A stretch of DNA of 64,000 nucleotides. It comes from Tubulanus polymorphus (Eukaryota; Animalia; Nemertea). The stretch's first letter is position 1. Each line of letters starts with the position of its first letter. Of this stretch, positions 61,501 to 64,000 are shown in pieces. The translations under genes were made by a program, and so were the position numbers. The stretch is taken from assembly GCF_964204645.1 (NCBI RefSeq), contig NC_134028.1:11019063-11083062 (forward strand). Direction: 5' to 3'. The notes under the pieces were generated by a model that was not told the DNA's origin, searched no databases, and saw nothing but the letters and a program-made list of their open reading frames with translations.

Positions 61501-62771
61501 CTTCGCTGCTTTAGAATAAACGTAAGACACGAACTTTAAAATGACGCCACCTCCAACAATCAATCTATATAGAACTAATAGTTACCGCGTGTCCCTCACG
61601 GTGGCGTTGCTGTTGCTGATGAGGTCCATCCAGCGGATAACGCTGCTGCTGCTGTTGTTGGTGCGCTCCGTCCTGTAGGTGGCGCTGTTGTTGAATACGT
61701 ACTATTTCCTGTTCGATCATGTTAAGTCTATAAACTCGAGCTGCGTGACGTGATTGAATCTGTTCGGCCGTTCCAAAATTCTCATGCATCAGAGCACGAA
61801 CTCTCTGAGCCTCGAACTGTAGGTGTTTACGAGTCTGATCCGCCTGCTGTAAATATATATATACACACAACGCCCTCTAGTGAATACATACCGAACTACA
61901 TCTCATATATACACAACGCCCCCTATTGGCGTAACACATACCTTACTATTAAAGGGTAATTGTTCGAGTTGACAGTTGATACCGTAAAGATGCTCGTGGT
62001 ACCACTGTCTCCTCTGTTCTTCATCTTGTACTTCTTGTATTAAACACTGTCTGTAAATATATCAAATAATCAGTAAGTCTGAGTGAGTGAATCTCAGTGA
62101 TATATCGCAGTGAGTGAATCTCAGCGATATATCGCAGTGAGTGAATCTCAGTGATATATCGCAGTGAGTGAATCTCAGCGATATATCGCAGTGAGTGAAT
62201 CTCGGCGATATATCGCAGTGAGTGAATCTCGGCAATATATCGCAGTGAGTGAATCTCAGCGATATATCGCAGTGAGTGAATCTCAGCGATATATCGCAGT
62301 GAGTGAATCTCAGCGATATATCGCAGTGAGTGAATCTCAGCGATATATCGCAGTGAGTGAATCTCAGCGATATATCGCAGTGAGTGAATCTCAGCGATAT
62401 ATCGCAGTGAGTGAATCTCAGCGATATATCGCAGTGAGTGAATCTCAGCGATATATTGCAGTGAGTGAATCTCAGTGATATATCGCAGTGAGTGAATCTC
62501 AGTGATATATCGCAGTGAGTGAATCTCAGTGATATATCTGAATGAGCGAATCTCAGTGATATATCTGAATGAGCGATATATCGTGATATATCGTGATATT
62601 TTACCTCTCATTATCGAGATGTTGTATTTCAGTATAAATCTGTTTATTCGTCGAATCTCGACGACGTTTTACATTCTTTATCGACGACTTCGTTATATCC
62701 GTCGCTAGGTTACCGAGATGTTGATTGTTGGTGTCCGTAGCCGTTAACGTGGAGTCTAAATTACTCTCGTC
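50671..62771 (-). CDS. APC: Adenomatous polyposis coli protein, 5'-partial, with a giant last exon of about 50671-59735
   Basis: Contains KVEMVYSLLSML, RAAAALHNIVHS, armadillo repeats (RRYACMALTNLTFGD, LRNLSWRAD, SALWNLSAHC), 15-aa repeats (PTNYSIRY), seven 20-aa repeats (EGTP..FS...SLS.L), three SAMP/SALP repeats, a basic region, SxIP motifs and a C-terminal PDZ ligand VTTV. Further small exons run up to 62771; no N-terminal oligomerisation exon was found in the window. Confidence 0.95.
53772..54168 (-). repeat. 33-bp coding minisatellite, 12 units (DEDEHQVAALI), inside APC
   Basis: In-frame repeat GATGAAGAYGAACACCAGGTGGCAGYACTGATC. Confidence 0.93.
62080..62580. repeat. 27-bp minisatellite (CGCAGTGAGTGAATCTCAGCGATATAT), about 18 copies, in an APC intron
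   Basis: Directly visible array; it explains the YIAEIHSLR ORF. Confidence 0.95.
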
Positions 62772-63189
62772 TGAAAATACACAACAACAAATACGTGTGA
62801 ATTATTAAACCAGGTGTCATTCTACTCCCCCTCCTCCAGTCGACTCCCCCCTACTCCCCTCCCCAGTCAACCCCCTCTACTCCCCCTCCCCAGTTGACTC
62901 CCCTACTCCCCCTCCCCGAGTCAGCTCTAAAAAAGTGGATCTGTTACTGTTTTATTCTGAGTTTTTGTAATAGTCAGCAGAACGGTTGTTATAGCAACGA
63001 GCAGACGGACTAGAATCATCAATCGCTGATTATAAATAAACGTAACACGTTGTTGATCCTGCGCTCGGTTCCTCTGCGGTTCCTCCAGTACAAGATAACA
63101 CTGTTTAAACCTAAAACCTATTGTTTCTTGAAATGTTATTATACGTTTGGGATACAAGCCAAATCAAATACACCAGCTGCAGCAGTACT

Positions 63190-63235
<46 letters not shown>

Positions 63236-63519
63236 CTCACTCAGTGTTCATATAGCATGAATCACTATGAATAAACTCAACTACTCTTCAGTCTGATTAC
63301 ATCAACGCACTTGAGCATAATAAATCTATATCCATAAAAACATCTCACACACACACACTGAGATTCTCAGAACATTTCATCTATAATATCTCACTGATTC
63401 TCAGAAATATCACAGAAAATATCACAACAGAATTTCATGAAATTCATACAGAATTAGATGAATGACAAACATGTTTTCTTGCTGCCTCCTACTGTTCACC
63501 TCCTTCCTACTGCCACCAG

Positions 63520-63770
63520 TCCTCTTCACCCGGTCTCTCTCTCTCACCCGGTCTCTGCTCTCTCTCTCTCTCTCTCTCCTCTCTCTCACCCTCCTCTCTC
63601 TCACCCTGTCTCTGCTCTCTCTCTCTCTCTCCCTCTCTCTCTCTCACCCTGTCTCTGCTCTCTCTCTCTCTCTCTCCTCTCTCTCTCCTCTCTCTCACCC
63701 TCCTCTCTCTCACCCGGTCTCTGCTCTCTCTCTCTCTCTCTCTCCCTCTCTCTCTCTCACCCTGTCTCTG

Positions 63771-63802
<32 letters not shown>

Positions 63803-63820
63803 GTCTCTGCTCTCTCTCTC

Positions 63821-63863
<43 letters not shown>

Positions 63864-64000
63864 GTCTCTGCTCTCTCTCTCTCTCCTCTCTCTCACCCTG
63901 TCTCTGCTCTCTCTCTCTCTCACCCTGTCTAGGCTCTCTGTCTCTCTCACCCTGTCTAGGCTCTCTGTCTCTCTGTCTCACCTTGTCTCTGCTCTCTCTC
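63520..64000. repeat. CT-rich compound microsatellite
   Basis: (CT)n interrupted by CACCCKGTCTCTG. Confidence 0.92.

Noticed and set aside
62021-64000. YIAEIHSLR, RE-rich and LS-rich ORFs
   Set aside because: They are translations of the 27-bp minisatellite and the CT microsatellite.

Overview
This is eukaryotic DNA, not prokaryotic. It is a compact, AT-rich bilaterian-invertebrate genome segment with short GT-AG introns (mostly about 55-150 nt); the taxon is an inference and cannot be fixed from the sequence alone. Twelve spliced genes can be reconstructed, in order: KAT7/HBO1(+), KYAT(-), GPATCH11(+), a PEAK1/PRAG1-like pseudokinase(-), HMG20(+), ZFAND5/6(+), SMAD4(-), GTF2A2(+), cathepsin L-like(-), MGAT1(+), a Shisa-like Cys-rich membrane protein(+) and APC(-, 5' end probably beyond the window). 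Introns and UTRs contain many minisatellites, a P/hAT-type MITE with an 8-bp target-site duplication (TSD) and tRNA-derived fragments. The least expected signals are: (1) a CTCF-consensus-like motif (CCASYAGRKGGCR) recurring dozens of times in introns, UTRs and coding exons, including as the core of a coding minisatellite in APC; (2) tandem repeats that copy splice acceptors or donors, creating decoy or possibly recursive splice sites; (3) two frame-incompatible, paralogous stem exons in MGAT1, implying mutually exclusive splicing; (4) a head-to-head PEAK-HMG20 pair matching human PEAK1-HMG20A; (5) clusters of a GGCAGCACCGTACGGT motif inside two unusually long introns. Gene coordinates are spans across introns read by eye, and exon boundaries need RNA-seq confirmation.
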